A stretch of DNA of 64,000 nucleotides, from positions 160,001 to 224,000 of the forward strand of contig JAQBYT010000002.1 in NCBI GenBank assembly GCA_027622665.1, in the 5' to 3' direction. Both the position numbers and the translations under genes were made by a program. Origin of the DNA: Verrucomicrobiota bacterium. Lineage in GTDB: Bacteria > Verrucomicrobiota > Verrucomicrobiia > Opitutales > Seribacteraceae. Below the pieces are notes generated by a model, which was given only the letters and a program-made list of their open reading frames with translations, searched no databases and was not told the DNA's origin. The stretch's first letter is position 1, and the number at the start of each line of letters is the position of its first letter. Positions 10,611-22,555 of the stretch are shown piece by piece.

Positions 10611-12123
10611 CTACTTTTGGGGTGAGGCGGAGAGGAGACCGTCGCCCAGTTCCTCTCGCTTCCTTTTCAAGGCGGCAAGCAAGTCTTTCTTTACTGCGGC
10701 GTGCTTGGAGTCGTTGATCAAGTCGTTGGTTTCTCGCGGGTCGTTCCGGACGTCGAACAACTGGTTTCTCCCGATCTTTGGGTAGTGGATCAACTTGTAT
10801 TGGTCCGTTCGCACCAGGCGTTGCGTTTCGATGTAGGAATTGAATATAAGATCTTCTCCTCGAGCTCCTTTTTGTCCGTGGACCAAGGGGACTATACTGG
10901 CGTAATCGACTGTCTCCGGCACCTTGATTCCTGCTAGTTCACAGGTCGTCGGGTAGACGCTTTGCATGTAGATTTTCTCGTCCACGGTGACTCCTTTGCG
11001 AATCCCTGCCCGGATATCATAAAGGGCATCTTGATGCTGTGATCATAAGGGTTCTGTTTCCCCATGAGCCCGTGCTGTCCTACCGCCAAACCATGGTCCG
11101 CGGTAAACACGACGTAGGTGTCGTCGGCTCGCCCGCTTTTCTCGAGGGCTTTCAGAATGCGCCCGATTTCGCGATCCATGTGGGTGATGATGGCGTAGTA
11201 TTCCGAGCGATGAACCTGCACCACCTCCTTGGTTTGGGGAAAGGGGGCGAGGACTTCGTCGCGTATTTTGATGGCGCCGTTATCGAACGGATGCTCCGGT
11301 AAGTAATTCTCCGGTATGGCAATTTTCTCGGGTGGATACATGTCGACGAATTTCTTGGGCGCTTGTCGCGGGTCGTGCGGAGCGTTGAACGCCACGTACA
11401 TGAAGAAGGGCTTGTCCGTGTTCTTCACCTTGCCGAGGAAATCGATCGCATGGTCGGCGAACAGCTCGGAGGTGTGTTTCTTGACGGTGTATTCGTCGCT
11501 GACGTCGTTGAAGCCGTTCTTCGACACGATGTCGCGCACGAAAGGAGCCCAGTGACCAGTGAATTTCGGGTCCCATGGCTTCCGGTGATTGTTTGTCGGT
11601 GTGGGCCTTGCATACCCCGGTTTTTTTGACCCACTGGGGTCAAAGGTTTCGTACATTCCCTTCGCGATGGCCTTGGCCTGACTGAATCCCTTTAGGGCAG
11701 AGTAGTAGTTGTTGTGCCATTTACCCGTGAGGAAGGTATCGTAACCTGCATCCCGAAAAACCTCCGGCCACAGCTTTACCTCGGTCGAGCCTTCCACCGC
11801 GATTGCTCCCCTGGAGTTAGCCGACTTGTCTAGGTAGGGCTTGTATCCTAGGGGCTCGGAATACGCTTTGTCCAGTGATCAGCATGGTACGGCTGGCGAC
11901 GCATACCGCACCGGGCCACGATCCCTGGTTGAAGCAATTATTGAAGAGGACGCCCTGCTTGGCCAACTTATCCAAGTTGGGCGTCTTGATCTCCGGATTG
12001 TTGACTCCCCCGATCGATCGATCGAGGGGCTTGGTCGTCCGCTATTATGAAAAGTACATTGGGCTTCTCGGCCAAGGCTACCAGCGGAGCTAATACCAGT
12101 AGGTGAACTGGTAATCGCGTCAT
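10611..12123 (-). pseudogene. Sulfatase with three frameshifts
   Basis: ATG 12123 gives MTRLPVHLLVLAPLVALAEKPNVLFIIADDQ. After removing one GATC at 12012-12023 it reads TPNLDKLA..GAVCVASRTML. Further shifts near 11846 and 11008 join it to GKWHN, FNAPHDP, ADHG and LFDVRNDPRE. Confidence 0.88.
12012..12023. repeat. (GATC)3 microsatellite causing a frameshift
   Basis: gatcgatcgatc; two units restore the frame APRSIGGVNNPEIKTP. Confidence 0.85.
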
Positions 12124-12138
12124 CTGAATGACTCTGAA

Positions 12139-13608
<1,470 letters not shown>

Positions 13609-13730
13609 AGAAGAGATAAGGAGGTTTTGTTTGATGGAATTGAAATCCGAATTCCTCCACAGTTCTCCTCTTGAATCAAACTTAAAATATGCTAAGCCCA
13701 AAGGTTTTATGGAGACTTCTGCTTCAGTAT

Positions 13731-13760
13731 TTGCATAACCCGCTGGTCACTCGACATAAT
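13731..13760 (+). promoter_or_regulatory. Putative sigma70-type promoter, likely leaderless transcript
   Basis: TTGCAT-N18-CATAAT ending 7 nt before ATG 13768. Confidence 0.45.
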
Positions 13761-13767
13761 CTCATCA

Positions 13768-15925
13768 ATGAAAACTGTATCAGTCGCCCTACTTGCTCTC
13801 CAGTTTCTTTTTTTTCTCGGCCTTTCCCGCCATGGGCAAAAAGCCCAATGTGATTGTTGTACTGGTCGACGACATGGGCTACTCGGACCTTGGGTCTTTC
13901 GGGGGGGAGGTCAAAACTCCGCATTTGGATCGCCTTGCCGCCCACGGCTTGCGCTTCACCCAGAACTATAATTCCGCCCGTTGCTGTCCGTCCCGGGCTT
14001 CCTTGTTGACGGGCTTGTATTCTCATCAGGCCGGGATTGCCAACTTTACCGGCCGGGACACAACCGACCGTCTGGGGCCGGCCTACCTGGGCAAGTTGAA
14101 CAAGCAATGCATGACTTTGGCCGAGGTGCTCAAGACAGCCGGGTACGGAACCTATGGGGTGGGCAAGTGGCACGTCGGGCATGAGGAACCACCCACCGAC
14201 CGGGGCTTCGACGAGTACTATGGATATATTCGGGGGCATAGCACGAGCCAGTGGAAGGTGGGCAATTACATGCGCTTGCCCGCAGGCAGAACCCCGGAAA
14301 TAAAGTTCGATGCCGATTCCTTTTACGCGACCGATGCCTTCAACGACTATGCGGTCGAGTTTCTCAATCAGGCTCAGAAAAAAGATTCCCCCTTTTTCCT
14401 CTACCTCGCTCATTCGTCTCCTCATTTCCCCCTTCATGCTCCTGCCAAGACCCGCGATGCATACCTTGATACCTACCGTAAGGGATGGGACATTTTGAGG
14501 AAGGAACGCTTTGCCAGACAAAGTAACTCCGGGTTGGTCACCAGCTCTTGGCAGTTCACGGGGCTCTCCGAAGTTCCCGTCGATACGGACGTCATTGCCA
14601 ACAACTACGCGGGCAAGCTGAACCCCGACTGGAAAGACGTTCCGCAAAACCGGAGGGAGGACTTGGCTTACCGGATGGCCACATTTGCCGCCATGATCGA
14701 TCACGTAGATCAGGGGATTGGGAAAATCATCCGACAGCTTGAGCAGGGAGGCGACCTGGAGAATACCCTTATTCTCTTCACCAGTGACAACGGCGCCTGC
14801 TACGAATGGGGGCCTTTCGGATTCGACCGCAGCAGCCGCAAGGGGTTTACCCAGCTTCACGAAGGTGACGATCTCCGGGGCGTGGGCGGACCGGAGACCT
14901 ATCACTCGGTGGGCAGCGCATGGTCCTGTCTTAGCAATACGCCCTTGCGGATGTACAAACACTTCAATCACGAGGGTGGAAATTGCAGTCCTTTGTTGGC
15001 CCATTGGCCCAAGGGAATCAGCAAGCCCCACCGCTGGGTGCGATCCCCTATACACTTGATTGACGTCATGCCTACCCTGCTTGAGGTCGGTGGCACCAGC
15101 TACCCGAAGAAATTTAACGAGGAGGAACTCATCCCGGTCGAGGGGAAGAGCTTGACGCCGTTTTTCAAGGGAGCCGAGTCCGCCCAGGATCGGGTGCTTT
15201 GTTTCGACCATTTCGACTCTAGCGCCATTCGCAAGGGGGACTGGAAGCTGGTGCGGGGAAACAACCGCTATAAGAAGCGGACTTGGGAACTATACAACTT
15301 GGCCGAGGACCGGTGCGAAACGAACAACCTGATCGAGGCCCGTGCGGACAAGGCCAAGGAACTGGAAGCCGAGTGGCTGGCTTGGGCCAAGCGGGTAAAG
15401 GTGAACCCTTACTACTTACACGCGCAGGCAAACCCGGCTAAAGTGAGGAGCAAACTGAAGAAGGATACTCAGGGATTCTACCTTCTCGGGCATGGTGACC
15501 GGGTGGCCCGGGAGCACGCGCCCAACTTCACCCAAAAGTCGATAGAGATAAGACTCTCCGTCACGAGGGGGAATGAAAAGGGCGGGGTTCTGATTTCCCA
15601 TGGCGGAAGCCGCAGCGGTTATTCTCTTTATCTGGAGGATGGAAAACCGGTTTTTTCGTGTCGTCTTGGCGGAACCTTGCACACTTTCCGTGCAACCAAG
15701 GCCCTGCCCAAGGAACGATCTTCTTTGTCCGCGACGATTGAGTCTGACGGGAAGGTCTCCTTGAGGAGCCAGGACGAGGTTCTGGCTTCAGGAAAGCTAC
15801 CGACTCTGTTCAATACCCACCCTCAAGATCCCCTTGAGGTTGGGAACGATTCCCTCTCCACGGTAGGAAATTATTCCACGAATCCTCGTTTCAAGGGTAA
15901 AGTCCATGAGGCCAAGCTCAAGTAG
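13768..15925 (+). CDS. Arylsulfatase with C-terminal LamG-like domain; signal peptide frameshifted at a T8 tract (13808-13815)
   Basis: PNVIVVLVDD, CCPSRASLLTG, GKWHVG, SDNG. With T7 the start reads MKTVSVALLALQFLFFSAFPAMGKKPN. The body is an intact ORF. Confidence 0.88.
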
Positions 15926-15954
15926 GTATTCAACCTTAGCGAACCAAAACCGAA

Positions 15955-17229
15955 ATGAATTATTCTATAGCCATTCCCCCCCTAGGCCTCTTGGCTTTGG
16001 TTTCGTTGGCCATTGCCGCGGACTCAGTCACTGTGGAGGGTCTCATCACCCCGCGCGACGACGATGGTATGTACGTTCGCAATCCGGATGGGCAGTTCGA
16101 GATCGAATGGACCAAGGATACACAAGTGGCCCTTGAGGTGAACACGCGCCTCTTCAAAGGACTCAAGGGAGAGAGGTTGCATTACCAGGTTCAAGCCTCC
16201 AGGGAGGTTATCCGTTTCGCCCTGCCCAAAGGACCAATTACGGGAATCATCGAGGTCAGGAATAAAGGCCAGTTGGAGAACAAGCTGAAGGAGGCAAGGG
16301 AAGAGAATTGGATAGGGGAGCATGGCTTGCGTTTGTTCTTCGGTGAAAGCCTGCCCCAGCAAATGCCTACTCCGGAAGACCTTCGTTTCATCGGACTTTG
16401 GGACCCGACCGCAAAGCCGCACACACTTGCCATCAAGGGTACGAAGTACGAAGTGTCCCTCAAAAAGGGGGGGCAAACTAGTGCCTTGCTCTTCAATGTG
16501 TTGAGCACGAAGGATTGCAAGCCTTTCGTCACTCGGGCCCGGGTGGTCGGCCGAAAGAAAGGCGCGGTCATCGTGGCCGAGGAGGTTCATCTCAAACCGA
16601 TTGGTGATCAATCCGCCGGCGATGATCCCAAGCTCCCGAGATACCTCTTCATCGGCGACTCCATCTCGGGGAACTACGACAAGGGCTTGCGGGAATTTCT
16701 CGCGGGCAAGTTCAACTTGCATCACCCGCCCACCAATTGCGGGCCTTCGGCAAAGGGTCGTTCCAGCATCGTGGAGTGGTTGGGCGCGTACCGCCAACCC
16801 GGTCGTCACTGGGATGTAATCAGTTTCAACCATGGACATTGGGATAGCAACAACGACAAGAGCACCTACCGGGAGAACCTCGAAAAGATCATTGCCGAGC
16901 TCAAGAAGACCAAGGGCAAGCTGATATGGGTGACCACCTGTCCCGTCCCAAACGGTTATCCGCCCGCCGGCGACTTGAGCAAGGCAGGCCGGGCTCCCGG
17001 TCGGACTGCCGGGGTTATGAGGAACCACCTCAATCCCTGGGCTCTTGAGGTAATGAAGAAGCATCCCGGAATCTCTATTTGCGACCAGTGGCAGTTCGTC
17101 AAGGATAACGGGGACGGCCTCTACAAGGACTTCTGGGATGGCAAGAACGTTCACTTCAGTGACAAACCTGCTGACCAGCTCGGGGAGTTTCTCGGTATGC
17201 AGGTCCTTGAAGTGGCGAAGACTCGCTAG
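15955..17229 (+). CDS. Secreted SGNH/GDSL hydrolase with uncharacterised N-terminal domain
   Basis: C-terminal LFIGDSIS, NCGPS, DVISFNHGHWD, KLIWVTTCP, NVHF. Signal peptide present. Confidence 0.8.
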   Translation: MNYSIAIPPLGLLALVSLAIAADSVTVEGLITPRDDDGMYVRNPDGQFEIEWTKDTQVALEVNTRLFKGLKGERLHYQVQASREVIRFALPKGPITGIIEVRNKGQLENKLKEAREENWIGEHGLRLFFGESLPQQMPTPEDLRFIGLWDPTAKPHTLAIKGTKYEVSLKKGGQTSALLFNVLSTKDCKPFVTRARVVGRKKGAVIVAEEVHLKPIGDQSAGDDPKLPRYLFIGDSISGNYDKGLREFLAGKFNLHHPPTNCGPSAKGRSSIVEWLGAYRQPGRHWDVISFNHGHWDSNNDKSTYRENLEKIIAELKKTKGKLIWVTTCPVPNGYPPAGDLSKAGRAPGRTAGVMRNHLNPWALEVMKKHPGISICDQWQFVKDNGDGLYKDFWDGKNVHFSDKPADQLGEFLGMQVLEVAKTR

Positions 17230-17273
17230 CTCATATAGCCGATGAAATATCTAGGGCTTCGGTTTGACCGAGC

Positions 17274-17447
17274 CTAGACTTGGGGCGAGCTTTCGTCCAC
17301 TAGCCTGTAGAATCCGACCCAAATGAACGAGTCGAATGCATGGTATAAGTCGCAAGAAATGGTCGACATCACGGATACGAGATCGAATTCGTGTTCGATC
17401 AAGGATTTTATGGTTCGCAAAGTAGCTTGGTACTTCTCTTTTTTCAT
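17274..17447 (-). pseudogene. Truncated GAF-domain gene (free Met-R-sulfoxide reductase MsrC/YebR-like N-terminus)
   Basis: 57-aa ORF below the track cutoff: MKKEKYQATLRTIKSLIEHEFDLVSVMSTISCDLYHAFDSFIWVGFYRLV. The WVGFY motif is present, with a stop before the expected GPxQG. Confidence 0.65.
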
Positions 17448-17463
17448 AGAGGTTTCTCAACGG

Positions 17464-18651
17464 TTATAGGATCGAATGATCCCTTCCTCTATTGGTTCGA
17501 TATTTGGAAGGCGTGATTCCTTCGACTCGGAAGAACACTTTGTAGAAGTGGTCGGCATTGCGAAAGCCCAAGTCGACGGCGAGGGCTTTGAAGGAATCGT
17601 CGGTTTCGACCAAAAGACGCTTGGCTCGCTCGATTCGCAAGCGAGCGATTTCATCAGCAATGCTCCGGTCGAGGGATTCGCGAAATTTTCGTTCCAAAGT
17701 ACGTCGAGTGATCGAAACTGCAGACACCACGTCCTTCACTTGAATTCTTTCTTGCCCGTTTTCCGAAATGAAGCGAAGGGCGTTTGCCACTATGGGATCC
17801 TCGGCTGCCAGAACGTCAGTCGATTGACGGGGGATCAATCCCTTGGGGGGAGAATATTCAACCGTTTTGGACGAATCCTTGCCATTCATCATCTCATCGA
17901 GTTTTGCCGCGGCTCGAAAACCGATCAGCTTGAAGCCCAAATCGATGCTGGTTAGAGCGGGGTAGGGGGATGCGCAGATTGCAGGCTCGTTGGAGGTTCC
18001 TACGATTGCAATGTCTTGGGGAACTTGTAAACCTTTTGCCCGACAGGTTTCGATTAGATACCTGCAGTATAGGTCGTTGCCTACGAGAATTCCAGTCGGA
18101 GCTTCCAAAGAATCCACCCATTCTTCAAGACCTTCGAGGAATCTTTCCCAGCCAAGGGCTTCCCCTCCCAAGTCCGTTCTTGGGAAACGGTAGGTCGATA
18201 AGCGAAAGCCCAGTGGCTTCAAGATTCCCCTGAAGCCTTGAATTTGTAGACGGGAATCCTTTTCGCGAAGGAATCCCATATATCCGAATCGGCGAAAACC
18301 GCGTCCCACCAAGTGCTGGGCGGCCATTTCCCCTGATGTCTGGAAGTCTGCCAGAACGCTCGAGACTTTTTTTACCGGAGAATTGAGCCATACGTTGACT
18401 GCAGGCATCTTGATCTTGTGAGCGGCCTGAGCCAATGGTTCGGTGATGCGTCCGAGAATGCCATCGAACGGGGCTACCCCTGCCTTGGGTTTAAGGACAC
18501 GGATAGCACTTGGTATGATTACGCAATCCCAACCTGCTTTGCCGGCATACTGGTGAACCCCTGCATAGGTCTCCAAGTGGCGCTTGTGACCCCATTCCAT
18601 TTCGAGGCAAATGGCTACTCGCTTGGGTCTTCTTGAATCATTCTTTTGCAC
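17464..18651 (-). CDS. XylR-type transcriptional regulator (periplasmic-binding fold + AraC HTH)
   Basis: GEMAAQHLVGRGFRRFG, VPQDIAIVG, LTSID..IGFRAA, IPRQSTD, RRTLERKF, FFRVEGITPSKYR. Confidence 0.9.
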   Translation of the reverse strand: MQKNDSRRPKRVAICLEMEWGHKRHLETYAGVHQYAGKAGWDCVIIPSAIRVLKPKAGVAPFDGILGRITEPLAQAAHKIKMPAVNVWLNSPVKKVSSVLADFQTSGEMAAQHLVGRGFRRFGYMGFLREKDSRLQIQGFRGILKPLGFRLSTYRFPRTDLGGEALGWERFLEGLEEWVDSLEAPTGILVGNDLYCRYLIETCRAKGLQVPQDIAIVGTSNEPAICASPYPALTSIDLGFKLIGFRAAAKLDEMMNGKDSSKTVEYSPPKGLIPRQSTDVLAAEDPIVANALRFISENGQERIQVKDVVSAVSITRRTLERKFRESLDRSIADEIARLRIERAKRLLVETDDSFKALAVDLGFRNADHFYKVFFRVEGITPSKYRTNRGRDHSIL

Positions 18652-18694
18652 AAGTTCGATTTTGTTGAAAGGTTTTCGTAAAGGTCAATGCTCC

Positions 18695-18778
18695 ATGTCG
18701 CAAAAAAGAGTTAAAGTTTCGTTAATAAGAATATCAATAGGTTTGTCACCCAGGGCTCTATTCCTTATTTTCAACTAT
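18695..18778. promoter_or_regulatory. Putative AraC/XylR-type operator in the divergent intergenic region
   Basis: ATGTCGCAAAAAAGAGTTAAA matches 30074-30094 at 18/21. Second half-site 21 bp on. Shared ATTTTCAACTAT downstream. Confidence 0.45.
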
Positions 18779-18780
18779 TC

Positions 18781-20373
18781 ATGTCCTCCCTTTCACCTAG
18801 ATACGACGTAGCCGTCATAGGAGGCGGGCACAACGGTTTGGTCTCGGCTTGCTACCTAGCTAAGGCTGGCTTGTCTGTCTTGGTACTAGAACGAAATGCC
18901 GAGCTCGGAGGCGCGACTCGTTCGGCTAAAGCTTTTGAAGGTATGGACGCCAGACTCTCCGTCTACTCCTACCTGGTTAGTCTGTTCCCGCAAAAGATAT
19001 TGGACGATCTTGGGCTCAATCTCAACCTCTTGCCTCGTCGAACTGCTTCCTACAGCCCTGTTTTAGAAGATGGCAAATTGCGGGAACTCCTTCTCCGGAA
19101 TGATGCTGCGGATGGGAATCGAGAAGCATTCATGGCCCTCACGGGTTCTGATTCCGACTACTCGGGATACATGGAACTCCAAGATATGCAAAAACACTTG
19201 GCTTCTGTCATTTGGCCGAGCCTGACCGAACCTTTGGTTTCCCGAGAAGAAATGCAAAGCCGACTGGATTACGAAGGAAAACGGGCCTGGCAATTCCTCA
19301 TCGAGGAACCGCTTGGCGAAGTGATCGAAAGCAAGATTTCAAGCGATCTCGTCCGCGGTCTTGTCTTCACCGATGCCAAGATCGGTGTCTCGACCCAGCC
19401 TCACGACCCAATGCTACTCCAGAATCGCTGCTACCTCTACCACGTTATTGGTCGGGGCACGGGCGAGTGGCATGTGCCCAAAGGCGGTATGGGGACACTC
19501 GTGGATGAGCTCGTCCGGGCTGCCCAAAGGACTGGCAAAGTGACTTTTGCGACCGACGCAAAGGTAAGTTCCGTCCGTCCCGGCGAAAAACTTTCCTACA
19601 TTGGTTTCGATATCGATGGAGAGGAACACCACGTCGATGCCCGATTCGTTCTTTGCAACGCACCGGAGTTCGAACTTAGCCGATTGACTGGAGAACCGGA
19701 CATCCCCAGAGCAATCGACGAGGGGGCTGCTTTCAAGGTCAACATGCTCCTGCAGCGATTGCCTCGCCTTCGCTCGGAGAACTGCTCACCCGAGGAAGCT
19801 TTCGCGGGAACCTTCCACGTCAACGAGGGTTATGGGCAGATGCAGGCAAGTTACGATTCATGTGAAGCGGGCGAAATGCCCGAAATCCCTCCCGGCGAAG
19901 TTTATTGCCACACCCTGACCGACCCCTCCATCCTTTCTCCCGAGCTTAATGCCCGAGGCTTTCATACCTTAACTCTTTTCGGTTTGGATATGCCCTACCG
20001 TTTGTTCAAGGAAGACAATGAAAAGGCCAGTGGCCTCGCCTTGCAAAGATACCTCGCCGGCATTAATCAATACCTCGAGGAACCGATCGAGGAATGCCTT
20101 GCTTCGGATGCCGATGGCCAACCTTGCATCGAGACTATGAGTGCAGTCGACTTGGAGAAAAAGATTCACCTGCCCAAGGGAAATATCTTTCATGGCGACC
20201 TGACCTGGCCCTTTGCCGAAAGCGATGAAGAAGGCGGCCAATGGGGCGTGGAGACCGCTCACCCGAATCTGTTTCTCTGCGGTTCCTCCGCTCGGCGCGG
20301 GGGTGCGGTCAGCGGCATCCCCGGACACAATGCCGCTAAGAAAGTCCTGCAGAAAATCATGGCTGCTAAGTGA
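18781..20373 (+). CDS. Phytoene dehydrogenase-like NAD(P)/FAD-dependent oxidoreductase
   Basis: VIGGGHNGLVSACYLA..VLVLER, YSYLVSL, PKGGMG, GNIFHG, RGGAVSGIPGHNAA. Confidence 0.88.
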   Translation: MSSLSPRYDVAVIGGGHNGLVSACYLAKAGLSVLVLERNAELGGATRSAKAFEGMDARLSVYSYLVSLFPQKILDDLGLNLNLLPRRTASYSPVLEDGKLRELLLRNDAADGNREAFMALTGSDSDYSGYMELQDMQKHLASVIWPSLTEPLVSREEMQSRLDYEGKRAWQFLIEEPLGEVIESKISSDLVRGLVFTDAKIGVSTQPHDPMLLQNRCYLYHVIGRGTGEWHVPKGGMGTLVDELVRAAQRTGKVTFATDAKVSSVRPGEKLSYIGFDIDGEEHHVDARFVLCNAPEFELSRLTGEPDIPRAIDEGAAFKVNMLLQRLPRLRSENCSPEEAFAGTFHVNEGYGQMQASYDSCEAGEMPEIPPGEVYCHTLTDPSILSPELNARGFHTLTLFGLDMPYRLFKEDNEKASGLALQRYLAGINQYLEEPIEECLASDADGQPCIETMSAVDLEKKIHLPKGNIFHGDLTWPFAESDEEGGQWGVETAHPNLFLCGSSARRGGAVSGIPGHNAAKKVLQKIMAAK

Positions 20374-20395
20374 TTAGTTGAATAGAAGTAAAACC

Positions 20396-20896
20396 ATGAA
20401 CCTAAAACAAGCTCGGCAAATCCTTTCTATCATCTTGCTTTGTCTCGGGTTCGGCACGCAAGCATTCGCCGACGAATTGCCTCCCGGTCTCGAGCAAGCC
20501 ATTGTCAACCCGGCAATCCCTGCGATCGTCGATGCCACTATTCTTGGCTTCAACAAGGATGGTCATGGCTACATCAAGGTGAACGTCGTCTACAAACCTG
20601 CATCAACGAAAGGTGAATTCGTTCCTCCCAAATCGATTCGGGGCTATGGTTACGCCGGTTCGGACAAAATCGCCCCTCTGCGCGTGGTGATCGGCGGAAA
20701 CAAGGGCAGATACCTTCTTTTTCTCAACGGGGATCTTCTCCATTCCACTTACAACAACCGTTTCACCATCCGTGAGGGCAATAACGGCGAACTTGAGGTC
20801 GGCGTCGGCTTCAATGGCGGAGGCGGCCCCTGGAAACCTCTCAAGGAAATCATTCAGAAAATACCTCCCCACAAACCGGCAACGAAAATCCCATGA
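20396..20896 (+). CDS. Secreted hypothetical protein
   Basis: Signal peptide ending AFA-D. ATGA overlap with the next gene. Confidence 0.7.
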   Translation: MNLKQARQILSIILLCLGFGTQAFADELPPGLEQAIVNPAIPAIVDATILGFNKDGHGYIKVNVVYKPASTKGEFVPPKSIRGYGYAGSDKIAPLRVVIGGNKGRYLLFLNGDLLHSTYNNRFTIREGNNGELEVGVGFNGGGGPWKPLKEIIQKIPPHKPATKIP

Positions 20897-21687
20897 ACAA
20901 AAAGCATCACATGCAGAGAATACCAATACTTGTGACCATTCTCGCGGGTTCTCTTTTGCTTGGTTGCGATCCGCACGTTGATTCCATTTACCTTGGTCGA
21001 GATGAAGCGAAAATGCTTGGCGACGTAAGTCGTGGAGACATAGAGGCCGTCAAAGAGTTTCTCGAAGAAGGCGGCAAGGTGAACCTGCAAGATGAACCGG
21101 GCATGACTCCGTTGCACCATGCCGCCAACAGTGATTGGAAAGCGAAAAACTTCGAAATGGTAAAGCTGTTGATCGACCGAGGAGCCAACGTGAAAACAAT
21201 TGATGATACTCACCATACCCCCTTGCATCTGGCGAGTAACAAGGAAACCGCCGAATTACTCATCGATGCAGGAGCGGACGTGAATGCCAAGGCAAAACGT
21301 ACGGGTGAGACTCCATTGTATTCGGCGGCGCGCAATGCCGCTCAAGGTGCTTCAAAGAGCTACGGGATCTATCTGGATTTAACGAAGGTGCTTATTGCCA
21401 AAGGAGCCGCCGTAAACGTTAAACTTAAATCGGGAAGTATGATTGAAGACAATGAACCCCACCGTGCCAAATCGGGAGAAACAACTTTGCACACAGTGGC
21501 GCGGAGTTATTCGGAAAAGCATGCTTCCGATGTTTGCGAACTACTCATTGCCAACGGAGCGAAGGTGAATGAACTTAACCTGAAAGGCCAAACCCCACTG
21601 GACGAAGCCTTGGCGAACGAACGTAACAAGACTGCTGGAATTCTCCGTAAACAAGGTGGCAAGACGGCAAATGAAATGGAAAAATAA
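20893..21687 (+). CDS. Ankyrin-repeat lipoprotein
   Basis: Lipobox LLGC; repeats GMTPLHHAA, HTPLHLA, GETPLYSA, GQTPLDEA, LIxxGAxVN. Confidence 0.88.
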   Translation: MNKKHHMQRIPILVTILAGSLLLGCDPHVDSIYLGRDEAKMLGDVSRGDIEAVKEFLEEGGKVNLQDEPGMTPLHHAANSDWKAKNFEMVKLLIDRGANVKTIDDTHHTPLHLASNKETAELLIDAGADVNAKAKRTGETPLYSAARNAAQGASKSYGIYLDLTKVLIAKGAAVNVKLKSGSMIEDNEPHRAKSGETTLHTVARSYSEKHASDVCELLIANGAKVNELNLKGQTPLDEALANERNKTAGILRKQGGKTANEMEK

Positions 21688-21746
21688 GAAGGATAAACCG
21701 AAAAACAATGATTAGTAGAACCGTCTGGCTCTGCATCTGTCCTCCA

Positions 21747-22115
21747 ATGATTCGAGCTCTTTGTATTTTATTTATTTTGGGCGGCGCTGCCTGCTCGGTC
21801 CTCGAACAGACGAAAACCCAAGAATTCCGGATGACATGGAAAATCGATCCGGAGGACAAGAATCAGGAAAACTCTCTGGTCGAGCTTTCCTTCCTCGATT
21901 TCCCAGGGCACTTCATAGGCGAATATTCGAATCAATTGGCGGATCATTTGAAGAAGGATGGAAACGAAGAGGTGCCTGCAACCTTTGAAATCACACGGGA
22001 TGCCCTTGGCCACGTCAGTTACAGCGTGACCGAGATCGCGGGCCTCAACCAATGGAAAGCATCCTTCGGTTACGGAGGCACCTCAGGATCCCCGGAACGA
22101 TCGCCTTTCGAATGA
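21747..22115 (+). CDS. Hypothetical lipoprotein
   Basis: Hydrophobic leader with GAAC. ATGA overlap with the next gene. Confidence 0.65.
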   Translation: MIRALCILFILGGAACSVLEQTKTQEFRMTWKIDPEDKNQENSLVELSFLDFPGHFIGEYSNQLADHLKKDGNEEVPATFEITRDALGHVSYSVTEIAGLNQWKASFGYGGTSGSPERSPFE

Positions 22116-22555
22116 AACTCTGCCCCACTATCCTTCTCTTCAGCCTCTGCTTAAGTTCCTGCCTCGAATTTGGCAACGACATCGAAATGACTGGAGCGGA
22201 AATAACGGACGAGGAACTGACTGAGGTTACGCGCAGGACGGGAATCGATTTTCCTGAGGGTGCGGTCGGGCTCGGATACTACTTCCAAGGCTCGGGAATC
22301 GATGACGCCCTTGCCCTCAAAGCCTTAATTCCTAACGACAAAATATTGGATTTCCTAAAGAACGACATTTTGGAAAAAGGAGACAAGTCCAAGGCATCTA
22401 TCCAGATCGGTAGGGATAAACCTTGGTGGAATCTCGACGAGTTGAAGGAACGGGTGGATCGCAAGATGCAACTTCCGAAAGGCAAGTACGTCGAATGCAC
22501 CCTAGGAAAAGAAAACGGGAAGTGGACCGTCTACGTTTCCTGGATGTCAACCTGA
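22112..22555 (+). CDS. Hypothetical lipoprotein
   Basis: MKLCPTILLFSLCLSSC lipobox from ATG 22112. Confidence 0.7.
   Translation: MKLCPTILLFSLCLSSCLEFGNDIEMTGAEITDEELTEVTRRTGIDFPEGAVGLGYYFQGSGIDDALALKALIPNDKILDFLKNDILEKGDKSKASIQIGRDKPWWNLDELKERVDRKMQLPKGKYVECTLGKENGKWTVYVSWMST

Noticed and set aside
13724..15211. 495-aa minus-strand ORF
   Set aside because: Antisense to the sulfatase; codon-bias shadow.
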